A stretch of 64,000 bases of DNA from positions 1 through 64,000 of the IMG/VR virus record IMGVR_UViG_3300005253_000045. The stretch is one strand, 5' to 3'. Below the pieces are notes generated by a model, which was not told the DNA's origin, ran no database searches, and saw only the letters and a program-made list of their open reading frames with translations. Made by a program: the position numbers and the translations under genes. This document shows, piece after piece, positions 1 to 10,293 of the stretch. This DNA comes from a virus. Numbering within the stretch: the first letter of the stretch is position 1; each line of letters opens with the position of its first letter.

Positions 1-3000
1 CCCCCGTCTACCACCCAAGAGGGGATTGAACCGCCCGTTAGTACTACGCCGGCCCCCGTACCAACACCGCCGGCGCCCACGGCCACACCAACGCCTCCGC
101 CAGAGGCCCCGCAGTTTGACCAGCCCGCAGAAGGGTTTCAATTTCGAGCGTGGCGCCCGGAGCGTCCCTCGAATCACCCTGAGGGACTTTCGTGGGATGC
201 AACAACGGCCGGAAACATTGAGCTCTCTAGGTTCGTTGAGTTCTGGGATTCACTCAACGATAATCTGTCGGGTCTTCCGCCTAATCCGGTAGAGGACATA
301 CATGAGCTCCGTGCTTCGCTGGCAGGCGACAATCCTATGCCCCTTGATGGGAGGCAAGAGGATGTCCTGGATGCTGGCACAGGCCTCTTCCTCACGTATA
401 AGAACCTTGAGGAGCACCTGAGGCAGTACGGGGAGTTCGACCCTAAGGGCATGGAGGAGCTCGAGAGGAATGTTTCTCCGGGAGTACGATTCACCGCGGA
501 GGCTATTGCACGCTCGGGGGCACTCACCCCATGGAGGGCTCTCCTCCGCTCCCTAGAGGTCATCGAGAAGGAACACCCGGACAACTACACGCAGTACCTT
601 GCTTCTGACGCGGGGCGCATTGACCTCTTCAGTAACGCCTTGATGGCGATGTACTCTACGCCAAGAGCGTCGATGAGCATACTTCACCCGGGGCAAGATG
701 CGGGCCATCTCATTGATGAGTACATGCCTGACGTCCCCTTCTTGAAGCAGAGTCTAATCTCCACGGTCGAACTCATAGGAGACCCCCTGTTCATTGGGGC
801 CACCGTACTCTTCCCGCCGGCTGGTATCGCGGCTAAAGCAGCCCTAGGTACTAAAGTAGCCGTGGGAATGGCAGTTGGTGAAGAAGCAGCCGAAGCTGTA
901 GGAGTTCCTCCGATTGTCGGTGCCCTAGCCGGCGGTGTAGCTGGGCCTGGTGTTATTGGGTTTGGTAGGGCGACCTTGCGTAACGCCGTAGCGAAGTCTC
1001 GCTGGCGCCCAGTAGCAGGAGAGCCAGCGACGGAGATGCTCATCTCCGCGGGAGAACTTTCCTCTGGGCGAGGCACAGTGATGTTCCACGGTACTACTCC
1101 TGAGAATGCTAGGAGAATTGTATCAGGGGGTTTCCGCCAGGGGGACGAGTTATTCCTTACCTCTGAGCCCGACCTGGCCGGGCGTTTTGGGGGCCGTCAT
1201 CTTCAACGTAACTTGCTTGTGGATAAGGCCGGAAAAACACCAAAGTCCACTGTACTTGCCATTGAGGTACCCGAAGGTGTTGAGATGGGCGGCAGGGAGG
1301 CTATACGAACCATTAAGGGGGCTGATGCGGGAAAGGTAAGAATCCTGGGCGAGCTCTCAGCGGAGGAAGCCGCACTTACAGGAGAGAAGTTCCTAGCCAG
1401 GATGAACCCCTACTCCCGCAATGCGGCTAATCTTGGATACAAGCCTATCGCTGGTGGCGCCGGCGGGCCTAGTCCCGATGACTTTGCTCTGAAGATAAAG
1501 GTTCACCTCGAGCGCCCGGAGTCCCAGGACTTTCTTCGTAAGGCAGCGAAGATGGTATCAGAGCGAGTTCCGGGGGTTGGACGGCGTACGCAGGAAATCA
1601 TCAACCGTATGGCTGTTGCCGATGACCCGGCCCTGAAGGCTGCGTTTGGCTGGCAGTTCCAGTTGGCCGAAGACCAGGCGGCCCGCTTCATGTCGATGGC
1701 GGCGCTACGCGGTAAGGCACTTCCCTTCGTAGAGAACGAAATCGGGCAGATATGGGTACGGACTGGTACGGAGCTCAAGAGTAAGACCACTGGGCGTGTC
1801 TTCGGTAATCTCTTCCGTCGTGGCGAGGGCGAGTGGATTGCTGGCGGGGATGTGCTGGAGAGCGTGATGGCAGGCAAGAGTAAGTACCTGAAGCGCCTTA
1901 CTGATGAACAAGTGTCCTGGATAAAAGAGGCGGAAGAGATACTGCGGCCATACATCAGCTATGCAGAGAAGGCCGCGAAGCTAACGCTGAGAAAGCGTGA
2001 AACGTGGTGGCCTAGGTTCGCTGTTGACCCCGCGAGGAAAGCCTACAACGTTCGACCGGGCGCCGGCCGCGGAAAGCCTCCAGCCCTCTTCGCCCGTGTA
2101 TTTGAAGAGCAGCAGCAGGCTATCGCAGAGTTCGGCATCAAGTACCGCCCCGGCCTACTGAACCAGTTGGAGGGTGGCATCGAGGGGTTCCAGAAGATTA
2201 CGCGGGACAACCTCATGGGTGGGTACCTCAAGAAGCAGGGTATCATTCGTATGGGACAGCGGCGTCTAGGGGAGACATACGCTACAGACCTTGGTACTAC
2301 TATCAAGGGCATTGTGGGGGAGACTCACGCCCAGGAAATCTTGAACATCATTGGTCCAGGTACGAGGAACCCAGTGATAACTATTCCCGGCCACATCAAT
2401 GACATGATGCGTATGATGCTCACAGGTTCCATGGATGCTGGCTGGGGTTCAATTCAGCTCGTGACTCTCGCTGCAAGTCCTGCCGGTCCCGTTGGATGGG
2501 GTAAGGCGATGGGCCTAGCTTTCTTCACGGCGATGAAAGACCCGAAGTTCTTCCACCGGTACATGCGTAGTAGTGCGGCGGCGCGGCAATACGCGCAGTA
2601 CGGCGGAGACGTCAGCCTTCGGACTGAGATTACACGGGCCGCAGAAGAGGGAGCCTTTGGCCTTCCTCGTGTCCCTGTTGTATCGACAGCTATAGATGTG
2701 GCCACATTTGTCCCCCGTAAAGGTATCGAGCGGCTAACTATAGGATTCGGTTCGGCCCTGGCCTATGGCCGTGTCCTTGCATTTGAGGGAATGGCTCAGT
2801 CTGTAGCGAAACCAGGACTTATGGAGCTGGCGGTTGGGGCCAAGCCTCTTGCCGGTCAGGCCCTCCATGAAGAGATGTTCCGACTTGTCCGCTTCACAGA
2901 GTCCCTGTTGGGTACGCCGCGGCTGGGTGGTGTTATTACGGCATTGCAGCATCAGATAGAATCTGCATTCGTCTGGTTCGCCACTCGTTACACCCGGTCA

Positions 3001-4611
3001 TTCTTTGGCACTGGCGCCTACATGATTGGAAAGGGCGCCACTCCCGCGCAGGCGCGAGCGACTATGGCCCGAATGGTGATAGGCGGTATGTCAATCATGT
3101 CGGGTCTCATCACGGCCAAGGGTATAGCCAATGGGCTAAGCGAGGACTCTATCCTCAAAGAAATCTCTACAGCCCTCAACCCCGCCGCTGGTAAGAAGTT
3201 CATGTCCATGGAAATTGGAGGTAGCTGGTATGGTCTGGGCGGTACGTATCGTTCGCAGATGGCTCTTATCGCAGGAATGGCCAACAAGGACAACTGGGAC
3301 TTCGAGAACTGGGAGGAATCCCTCTACGACAACCCCATAGTCCGCGGCTGGAGAGGACGCGCAGCACCCTTCACAGGCCAGGTCATGAACTTCGGCCCCA
3401 GTCTTGCCGGCCTCCTAACTGGTAACTCCGACGTCTCTGGTTCAGACTACCTTGGGTACGAGGTCAACATATCCGAGATGGTTGATGACCCCCGGGTCCT
3501 GGGGGACTACGCCCTAGACAACTTCGCTCCTATCACTCTCGATGCCCTGCTTCAGGGCCATGAGTGGGACTGGAAGACTAACCTCCCTCGGTTTGCGGCT
3601 GAGTTCATGGGCCTACGAACCTCGCCGGAGACTGCATTTGAGGCGCTCGAGCCTGTGATGAACCGTGTTTCCCAAGACCGGTTTGCTATGAACTACCGCG
3701 ACCTTGAAAACAACCTTCCAGCGCAGGACTATATTCGGAATCATCCTGATGTGGTTGCTGTGACTGAGGGGCAGATTCGCCCTATTCGGGAACGTGAGCA
3801 GTCGAAGTTGTGGCGGAAGTATCGTGAGGGGCGCGACGGTATACGAGACACCCACCTCCAGACGCGGGAGAGGGCCGAGATAGCCTACACTACCAGCCGT
3901 ATAGATGGCTCTGACTACCGGGAACAGTATGGTGAGGCGCAATCGGCTGAGTACTTCGAGCTTCGCGGCTTCAGTGAGGGCATGGGTATCGAGTTTGATG
4001 ATGAAGAGGCCGAAGCCGGTACTGTAAACGCCGCTCTGGACGCCTACTTCAGTGTCAATCTCGACGACTACCGAGATAAGAAAACCCGCGTACCCGACTG
4101 GGAAGCCTTCTACTCCGACAGGGATGCTGCTTTGGCCCTGGTTCCGCGGGAGCATATCCCCCTCGTGGAGCAATGGTTACGGCGCCGAGAGACAGAAGTA
4201 CGCCGCCATATGAGGGTAAGGTTTGGAGAGGTCGTTGAGTCCTCGGGGTACTTCCGGGTTCGAGAAAACGTAGCAGTGAACCTAGGCATCAATCTCAGTG
4301 ACCTTGAGTCAGATATTGTTCGGGGTCTGGTGGGTAGGAATCAACGAGCTACTCCAGGGGACGTCGCCCGGATAGTAGACCAGATACTGAATAGCGTGTT
4401 CTCAGAGGTGAATCCAAACGCTCCCACCATCTCGCAGCTACGGCAGGCTATGAGGGAGGCGAATCCAGAACTTGACGCCGAGCTCTTCCGGCAGGGGTTC
4501 TCTACTACGGTACGCTCTGAGGTGGCTCAAGAGACGCTTAAAGCCTATGCTCAGCGGTGGCCGAATATGGGTTACTTTGAGGCCCCACTCGCAGGCAACA
4601 TCGACGACTAG
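1..4611 (+). CDS. Giant virion-associated/ejection (polyvalent-type) protein, 5'-truncated; contains an ADP-ribosyltransferase-like segment
   Basis: Frame is open from base 1 (PPSTTQEGIEPP...DNP) into the 337 ATG, so the protein is >1530 aa. Segment MFHGTTPENARRIVSGGF...LFLTSEPDLAGRFG (~1078-1200) resembles HYE-clade ART strands 1-2. Lies immediately before scaffold and capsid genes. Confidence 0.6.
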   Translation, partial: PPSTTQEGIEPPVSTTPAPVPTPPAPTATPTPPPEAPQFDQPAEGFQFRAWRPERPSNHPEGLSWDATTAGNIELSRFVEFWDSLNDNLSGLPPNPVEDIHELRASLAGDNPMPLDGRQEDVLDAGTGLFLTYKNLEEHLRQYGEFDPKGMEELERNVSPGVRFTAEAIARSGALTPWRALLRSLEVIEKEHPDNYTQYLASDAGRIDLFSNALMAMYSTPRASMSILHPGQDAGHLIDEYMPDVPFLKQSLISTVELIGDPLFIGATVLFPPAGIAAKAALGTKVAVGMAVGEEAAEAVGVPPIVGALAGGVAGPGVIGFGRATLRNAVAKSRWRPVAGEPATEMLISAGELSSGRGTVMFHGTTPENARRIVSGGFRQGDELFLTSEPDLAGRFGGRHLQRNLLVDKAGKTPKSTVLAIEVPEGVEMGGREAIRTIKGADAGKVRILGELSAEEAALTGEKFLARMNPYSRNAANLGYKPIAGGAGGPSPDDFALKIKVHLERPESQDFLRKAAKMVSERVPGVGRRTQEIINRMAVADDPALKAAFGWQFQLAEDQAARFMSMAALRGKALPFVENEIGQIWVRTGTELKSKTTGRVFGNLFRRGEGEWIAGGDVLESVMAGKSKYLKRLTDEQVSWIKEAEEILRPYISYAEKAAKLTLRKRETWWPRFAVDPARKAYNVRPGAGRGKPPALFARVFEEQQQAIAEFGIKYRPGLLNQLEGGIEGFQKITRDNLMGGYLKKQGIIRMGQRRLGETYATDLGTTIKGIVGETHAQEILNIIGPGTRNPVITIPGHINDMMRMMLTGSMDAGWGSIQLVTLAASPAGPVGWGKAMGLAFFTAMKDPKFFHRYMRSSAAARQYAQYGGDVSLRTEITRAAEEGAFGLPRVPVVSTAIDVATFVPRKGIERLTIGFGSALAYGRVLAFEGMAQSVAKPGLMELAVGAKPLAGQALHEEMFRLVRFTESLLGTPRLGGVITALQHQIESAFVWFATRYTRSFFGTGAYMIGKGATPAQARATMARMVIGGMSIMSGLITAKGIANGLSEDSILKEISTALNPAAGKKFMSMEIGGSWYGLGGTYRSQMALIAGMANKDNWDFENWEESLYDNPIVRGWRGRAAPFTGQVMNFGPSLAGLLTGNSDVSGSDYLGYEVNISEMVDDPRVLGDYALDNFAPITLDALLQGHEWDWKTNLPRFAAEFMGLRTSPETAFEALEPVMNRVSQDRFAMNYRDLENNLPAQDYIRNHPDVVAVTEGQIRPIREREQSKLWRKYREGRDGIRDTHLQTRERAEIAYTTSRIDGSDYREQYGEAQSAEYFELRGFSEGMGIEFDDEEAEAGTVNAALDAYFSVNLDDYRDKKTRVPDWEAFYSDRDAALALVPREHIPLVEQWLRRRETEVRRHMRVRFGEVVESSGYFRVRENVAVNLGINLSDLESDIVRGLVGRNQRATPGDVARIVDQILNSVFSEVNPNAPTISQLRQAMREANPELDAELFRQGFSTTVRSEVAQETLKAYAQRWPNMGYFEAPLAGNIDD

Positions 4612-4624
4612 GAAAAAACCTAGA

Positions 4625-4650
4625 GTCACTGACAATATATTGTGGGTGAC
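4625..4650. promoter_or_regulatory. 26-bp near-palindrome GTCACTGACAATATATTGTGGGTGAC (operator and/or terminator hairpin)
   Basis: 24/26 identical to the perfect palindrome at 48467-48492; abuts the -35 box at 4651. Confidence 0.6.
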
Positions 4651-4680
4651 TTGACATTAGGCATTCTCCACAGCTATAAT
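4651..4680 (+). promoter_or_regulatory. Sigma70-type promoter for the scaffold/capsid operon
   Basis: TTGACA (4651-4656), 18 bp, TATAAT (4675-4680); SD AAAGGAGG before ATG 4710. Confidence 0.85.
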
Positions 4681-4709
4681 GAAGCTAGAGATGAAAGGAG
4701 GGCACATCA

Positions 4710-5735
4710 ATGCCCCCAGATGGAACACAAGCTACGTCAGCAATGGTGAATCAGGTGGGTGGCCTCGAGGAGGCCGAGTTGAACTTGAAGGATGGAACGG
4801 TAAAACCTTTGACGGCCGAGAATCCAGCCGAAACTTCATCTGAGGCTTCTAACGTAGGAGCCGCAGTGGAGCCGGTAGCTCAGCCCGCAGAGGGGACGCC
4901 TCCAGCCCAACCCACAGCAGTACCGCCGGCCGCTCCCATACTTGGGACGACGCCGCCGCCCGTAGAGGTCACTTCTGGCCCGGGGGCGGTAGCTAAGACA
5001 GCAGCTCCAGCCGCGGCCGCGCCAGCCGAGGCAGAACCGAAGGAGAAGCCTTCGGAGGGGCCAACCGAAGCCGAGCGACTCGCAGGTCTAAAGACCTACG
5101 GGGAGGAACAGGCCGAGACGGCGCGAAGAGCAGCGCAGGCAACAGCCGATAAGCGTGCCTCGGTGGTCGACCGTCAGTTGCAGGATGCAAACGAAGCGAC
5201 TAAGGTTCTCAAGAACGATATTCGGGAGCTTCAGGGTCGTGAACTGACGGAGGAGGAGCGTGCTACAGCTCGTGCGAAGTACGAGCAGGATGACCGGTCG
5301 GAAGGACTCGATACCCAGCAAAAGGAATTGCTGGCCTTGCAGCGAGATGTCTATATTGACAGTCTACTGCTCGAGTTCAAGGAGATTGGTGTAACACGCG
5401 AAGCATTGGAGCAGATAGAGACGGCCGAGGAAATGGAACTCTTCTGCGAGCGCCAGACGTCCAGCTCTCTACGGGAGCAGATTAAGAGTGGTACAGAGCC
5501 CCAGCCGGCCGCTGCACCAGAAGAGAAGCCCGCAGAGAAACCTGCTGCAACCACAGAGAAACCCGCGGAGCAACCGAAGCCGCAGGTTCCAATTCCAGCG
5601 GGGGCAAGTGCTCCTAGCGATGTTGGGGGTAGCGGGGCGCCGGTGGATGATAAAGCCTTCAACCAGAAGCAAGACGCGGGCGCAATGCGCGAGAACCTAA
5701 ACAACATGGGCTGGTCGACAGTCCGGTTGCAATAG
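4710..5735 (+). CDS. Capsid scaffolding protein
   Basis: Acidic, Pro/Ala-rich termini with central coiled coil; directly upstream of the major capsid gene. Confidence 0.7.
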   Translation: MPPDGTQATSAMVNQVGGLEEAELNLKDGTVKPLTAENPAETSSEASNVGAAVEPVAQPAEGTPPAQPTAVPPAAPILGTTPPPVEVTSGPGAVAKTAAPAAAAPAEAEPKEKPSEGPTEAERLAGLKTYGEEQAETARRAAQATADKRASVVDRQLQDANEATKVLKNDIRELQGRELTEEERATARAKYEQDDRSEGLDTQQKELLALQRDVYIDSLLLEFKEIGVTREALEQIETAEEMELFCERQTSSSLREQIKSGTEPQPAAAPEEKPAEKPAATTEKPAEQPKPQVPIPAGASAPSDVGGSGAPVDDKAFNQKQDAGAMRENLNNMGWSTVRLQ

Positions 5736-5769
5736 GCCTAGACCTAACACCTTAGGAAGGAACAATTCA

Positions 5770-6990
5770 ATGCCAGGTACAACTGAAACCATGCGTTTCG
5801 CTGGTATGCCAGATAGTGGCTACCCCGCAGAGTTCTTGCTTGACGGTTCTACGTCACTGCGAGTTCGCTGGGTGGCACCGCTTCTGGTAAACATGGCCGA
5901 ACGCTCCACGGACCTGCTAAAGTACACCGGTGGTGTCGAGCAGTTCCAGTACACACACGCTCGAATTGAATGGGTTGAGGACGACCCATGGAACCGTCGC
6001 CCAACTATTGGCTCTCGTAGCGCTGCAAGTGTAGCGAACGAAGTCCAAGACCTAACGGTTACGGGTGCCGCACATAGGTTCCCCGTGGGCACTGTGCTCT
6101 TTAACCGCCAGCGAGACGAGTTCGTCCGCGTTACCGGCCATGTCGATGGCGACACGCTGTCCATCATGCGTGACATCACCGGCCGTATCGACGAGACGTC
6201 TGTTGCGTGGGTTGCCACCGACGAAGTGTTTGTCGCCGGCTTCTCCATGCACGAGAACGACAACTGGGTGTTCCGGCCCACCAGCCTGACCACCATGCCG
6301 TACAACTACTCTCAGGTTCACTCTGTGGGCGTCCAGGCGACGTTCCGCATGATTGAGACTCAGCAGTACGGCCTTCAGGGGAACGACCTGGACAAGCAAG
6401 CTGCCGACACCGTAGCGGAGCAGTTCGTTACGATGGAGCAGGAGTTTGTTCATGGTGACCGGTTCGCCGGTACCTCTGCGATTCCTGCTCTAATGGGCGG
6501 TATCTTCGACTTCATCACGGCCGCGAACGGCGCCCAGGTCACTGACCTGTCTGATGCGGCTCTCGTCCGTAGTGACATTGATGACATACTTCAATCCCTC
6601 TTCTACGAGGTAGGTGGTGACAAGATGGCTAAGACCATCGTATGCGCCGCCTGGCCAAAGAGGAAGCTGTCCAGCTTCTTCAGTGGCGCCGAGCGTCTCG
6701 GCCCGGGTACTGGCCAAACGGCTGGTGTCGTGGTTGACCGCTTGAACACTGACTTTGGTGTCTTGGACATTCTTATGCATACGGCGGTGCGTCAGGACGA
6801 ACTGTACCTCCTCCGGCAGGAAAATCACCGGATGGGTCATCACGGAACGCTTGGCCGGCCTCAGCTACGCCAGCTTCCCCCGTCCTCGACTGGCCCTCGT
6901 ATTCAGCAGGCATTCTACGCGGATGTGAGTGCAATCCACTCCGGCCCGCGTGCTGAGGCCCGCATTCATGGAATGAGCACTACGACCTAA
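5770..6990 (+). CDS. Major capsid protein (SU10/DUF5309-like, HK97 fold)
   Basis: Motifs IEWVEDD, YNYSQVHSVGVQAT, MEQEFVHGDR, LMGGIFDFI, TDFGVLDI typical of SU10-type MCPs; 406 aa; follows scaffold. Confidence 0.8.
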   Translation: MPGTTETMRFAGMPDSGYPAEFLLDGSTSLRVRWVAPLLVNMAERSTDLLKYTGGVEQFQYTHARIEWVEDDPWNRRPTIGSRSAASVANEVQDLTVTGAAHRFPVGTVLFNRQRDEFVRVTGHVDGDTLSIMRDITGRIDETSVAWVATDEVFVAGFSMHENDNWVFRPTSLTTMPYNYSQVHSVGVQATFRMIETQQYGLQGNDLDKQAADTVAEQFVTMEQEFVHGDRFAGTSAIPALMGGIFDFITAANGAQVTDLSDAALVRSDIDDILQSLFYEVGGDKMAKTIVCAAWPKRKLSSFFSGAERLGPGTGQTAGVVVDRLNTDFGVLDILMHTAVRQDELYLLRQENHRMGHHGTLGRPQLRQLPPSSTGPRIQQAFYADVSAIHSGPRAEARIHGMSTTT

Positions 6991-7023
6991 GGGGCGTAGT
7001 GACTAAGGAAGAGAGACGAAACA

Positions 7024-7500
7024 GTGAGTCAAACCTCAACTGAGGGTAGGGAAGTAAGAGACGTCGCTTCAGTGCCAATGGGCCTGAAGGTGGCTAAGTA
7101 CACCATCAACGGCGGAAAGACCCGCAATGGGGACAACCTGTTCCTATCGGATACGACCGTCATCCTTGATGGCCCTCCCCTCATAGCAGGTGACCTAATC
7201 CTGAACGTCGTAACAGACTGTGAAGAGGTATTTGGTGACGCCGATAGTGGCGACAACACAACTCTGAACATTCGCTTCAATGACGGCTCTACGCAAACCG
7301 ACATTGTAGCTGCGACCTCGATTGGTGGCGCCCCGTACAGTACGGTGAGCCGCGTCTTGAGTATCCAGGATTTCGCTACTGCGGGTGACTGGCTCAAACT
7401 GACCCTTCCTACTCGAGTAGAAGTGGTCGTGGGTAATGACCAGAACATTGATGATGGTCTGATGCACGTTTACGTATTCTACGTGAGTCCAAAGGGGTAG
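7024..7500 (+). CDS. Putative capsid decoration/cement protein
   Basis: 158 aa beta-rich protein immediately after MCP, ending in hydrophobic strand VYVFY. Confidence 0.5.
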   Translation: MSQTSTEGREVRDVASVPMGLKVAKYTINGGKTRNGDNLFLSDTTVILDGPPLIAGDLILNVVTDCEEVFGDADSGDNTTLNIRFNDGSTQTDIVAATSIGGAPYSTVSRVLSIQDFATAGDWLKLTLPTRVEVVVGNDQNIDDGLMHVYVFYVSPKG

Positions 7501-7509
7501 GAGAACGAC

Positions 7510-9282
7510 ATGAAAGTAACAGACGCAATCACGTACCGTCTTCAGGACATTCTTCATCGAATCCTGACTAAGGTATCGGGGAGCCAGTCGACCATTAACC
7601 CGGTCTATGGCGATAGCGTCAACCTGCCCGACATCTTCTACGTCGATTCGGGTAACGGCTCTGACACTAACGATGGCCGTGACCCGGCCTTCCCCCTGGC
7701 GACTATTGACGCCGCCATCAACAAGTGTACGGCTAGCCAAGGTGACGTCATCATGGTGCAGCCGGGACACTCTGAAACGCTGACGGCTGCCATTGAACTA
7801 GACGTCATTGGCGTCAGTGTCATTGGTGTTGGCGAAGGTACACTTCGCCCGCAGCTGACACTCGCTGCCGACGACAACGGCATCGAAGTATCTGCTGTCA
7901 ACTGTAAAGTCGAAAACATCTACTGCAACGAGCGAACGACTACGCCGACGAGCAACAACGCTTACGTCGATGTATCGGCCGCGAACTGTAAACTTCTCGA
8001 CCTACATTTCGATGTGGGTGCAGAAGACCTTGACTCCATCACCCTTGCTGCCGGCGCCGACTCGTGCGAGATTGGCCGATGTAAGTGGGTGACAACCGCA
8101 GATGGCCCGGATTCTGCCATCCGTATTGAAGCCATCATCGACCTCCCTCATATTCACCACTGTGTGCTTGACGGCGGTACGGTGGCAAACGCCTTTGACG
8201 AGGGCCACATTGTTTCGGGCTCCGTTCACACGAACTGCCTAGTCGAGTACAACACGCTCCACGCCATTGTCAACAACTTTGGTCTACTCTTCACCGATGC
8301 AGCGACCGGAGTGATTCAGTTTAACACGTTTAGTCTCGGTACGCTAGGCGGTATGCTCGACCCGGGGTCTTGCATGTGCATCGAGAACTACGAGCAGGAT
8401 GCGGTTGATGAGAGCGGGCTTCTAGTCCCGGGAGTCAACCCCGCCGCACCAGGTGTCGGTGGCGCCCATGGTACCCTCAACGACGCCACAACTGATACCC
8501 TTCATGGTAAACTTGGCGAGGACTCTAACTACGGTGACCGCTCCCTCTGGGACCAGATGGAAGGTGACGGTTTTGTTGGTGCTCCTTCTGCAATCTATCC
8601 AGCCATCAATACCAACATACAGGACATCCTTCTGTGGCTGGCAGATGGTCTACGCAAGGGCTCTGGCTCTGCACTTGGTACCAATGAGTCTGTGGCGGAC
8701 GTCTTGTATGGCGCCAACGGTATCGTCGGCTCATGGCCGGCTTCCGGTGCGCCTACTGGTACGGGTGTGTCGATTGCTCAGGCTCTTCGGTACATCTCGG
8801 AAAACATTCGGAACACGACTGGTGCCTTTGCACCTGGTCTTGGTCTGGCTGTTGTTCGAGCTGCTGATAACGTTTTGCATGACGGCGACACGACCGCTGC
8901 GTTTACCATTGCCGGCGGGCGTGTACTTATCACAGCCCTGTTCGCTGAAGTGACCACTGCCGCTATAGCCGGTGGTGCGTCGAACTTCCAGTTTGTCGCT
9001 AACCCGTCTGCGGGCGCCACACAGGATATGTGTGCCAACCTGGATATTGATGGTGATGCTATTGGTACTCAGTATTCCATTGACGGTGTAGCTGCAACGG
9101 CCCTTCTGGTCGCTGAGCAGGGGATGGTACTAGCAATGCCGAATGGTGGACGCGGACAAATCCTCCAGCCCGGTACCATCGACGCAATTTCTGCTACCGA
9201 CAAGACCGCCGGCGGGTCACTGATTCAAGTGACGCTCTACTACATCCCGATGGATTCGGGCGCAACAGTCGTAGCTGCATAA
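7510..9282 (+). CDS. Virion fibre/spike with right-handed beta-helix (pectin-lyase-like) domain
   Basis: IFYVDSGNGSDTNDG...ATIDAAIN...GDVIMVQPG is the typical beta-helix N-cap; followed by Asn/Cys-ladder repeats and a C-terminal beta domain. Confidence 0.65.
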   Translation: MKVTDAITYRLQDILHRILTKVSGSQSTINPVYGDSVNLPDIFYVDSGNGSDTNDGRDPAFPLATIDAAINKCTASQGDVIMVQPGHSETLTAAIELDVIGVSVIGVGEGTLRPQLTLAADDNGIEVSAVNCKVENIYCNERTTTPTSNNAYVDVSAANCKLLDLHFDVGAEDLDSITLAAGADSCEIGRCKWVTTADGPDSAIRIEAIIDLPHIHHCVLDGGTVANAFDEGHIVSGSVHTNCLVEYNTLHAIVNNFGLLFTDAATGVIQFNTFSLGTLGGMLDPGSCMCIENYEQDAVDESGLLVPGVNPAAPGVGGAHGTLNDATTDTLHGKLGEDSNYGDRSLWDQMEGDGFVGAPSAIYPAINTNIQDILLWLADGLRKGSGSALGTNESVADVLYGANGIVGSWPASGAPTGTGVSIAQALRYISENIRNTTGAFAPGLGLAVVRAADNVLHDGDTTAAFTIAGGRVLITALFAEVTTAAIAGGASNFQFVANPSAGATQDMCANLDIDGDAIGTQYSIDGVAATALLVAEQGMVLAMPNGGRGQILQPGTIDAISATDKTAGGSLIQVTLYYIPMDSGATVVAA

Positions 9283-9347
9283 CAGTAAGCGATTAGGCGC
9301 CCTGGGGGGTGGCGCAAGAAGTAACCCCCTAAGAGAGGAAATGAATA

Positions 9348-9776
9348 ATGCCCGGATTTGAACCCCAGACCGATGTAGGCCTTGCCGTAGTGCCGTTTGA
9401 CGCTGCGATGGAGACTACCCCTACGGTCGTTGAGGTGACGCTACTGGCTTGCCCTACGGGGGCGAACGTACGGCTTGAGCTACTCAGCATTGGCTTCCGC
9501 TGCAACACGCTCCCGGTGGACAGCGCCGGTACCGGTACCGTCCTAGTGGACATTGAACATATCGATGACTCCGACTCGGATACTGTGAGCAACATTCGAG
9601 CGGCGTATGACCTTGAGGCTGCTACCGTCCTTGTGTATAACAAGGTATGGAGTGGCAGCAAGATTCTCGACGCCGGCGATGCCATCAACGCGGAAATCGC
9701 GTCTGACGGAACGTTGAATACAGCGTCTGAGGGCGGTGCCTTCATCGTTGAGTATCGAGTGCTGAAGCACTCCTAA
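9348..9776 (+). CDS. Virion structural protein, paralog 1
   Basis: Shares FEPQT, LLACPTG, GFRxNTLP, IDDSDSD, GSKILDAGDAINAE, ASEGxAxIVEYRVL with the next gene. Confidence 0.6.
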   Translation: MPGFEPQTDVGLAVVPFDAAMETTPTVVEVTLLACPTGANVRLELLSIGFRCNTLPVDSAGTGTVLVDIEHIDDSDSDTVSNIRAAYDLEAATVLVYNKVWSGSKILDAGDAINAEIASDGTLNTASEGGAFIVEYRVLKHS

Positions 9777-9788
9777 GGAGGAGCACCG

Positions 9789-10205
9789 ATGTCTTTTGAA
9801 CCACAGACAGCCGTTAGGTTCTGTACCATACCGATTGACGCTGCCTTAGAACAGGGTCCTACTGTTACTGAGGCAACGCTTCTGGCCTGCCCTACTGGGG
9901 AGAATATGCAGCTTGAGCTGCTTGCTGTTGGCTTTCGTGCTAATACACTACCAATAGACGGCAGCAATGACGTTGACGTTGACCTCGAGTTTATCGATGA
10001 CAGCGACAGCGATTCCGTGACCGACTTTATCACGGACTACGACCTTACGGGAGGTACTGTGTTGGTGTATAACTCCATTTGGAGGGGAAGCAAAATCCTC
10101 GATGCGGGTGACGCCATCAACGCAGAGTTCACAGTAACGACCCCAGACACGGCCTCTGAGGGCGCTGCACTCATCGTAGAGTACCGCGTATTGCGGAGGT
10201 CGTAA
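9789..10205 (+). CDS. Virion structural protein, paralog 2
   Basis: Tandem duplicate of 9348-9776; SD TAAGGAGG. Confidence 0.6.
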   Translation: MSFEPQTAVRFCTIPIDAALEQGPTVTEATLLACPTGENMQLELLAVGFRANTLPIDGSNDVDVDLEFIDDSDSDSVTDFITDYDLTGGTVLVYNSIWRGSKILDAGDAINAEFTVTTPDTASEGAALIVEYRVLRRS

Positions 10206-10293
10206 TCAAGATGCGCCTAACGAGCGGTGGGGGGTCATCTCGATGCACCTCCGCCTCCCACCGTTCGTAGGTGAGATGTAAAGGAGAGGAACA

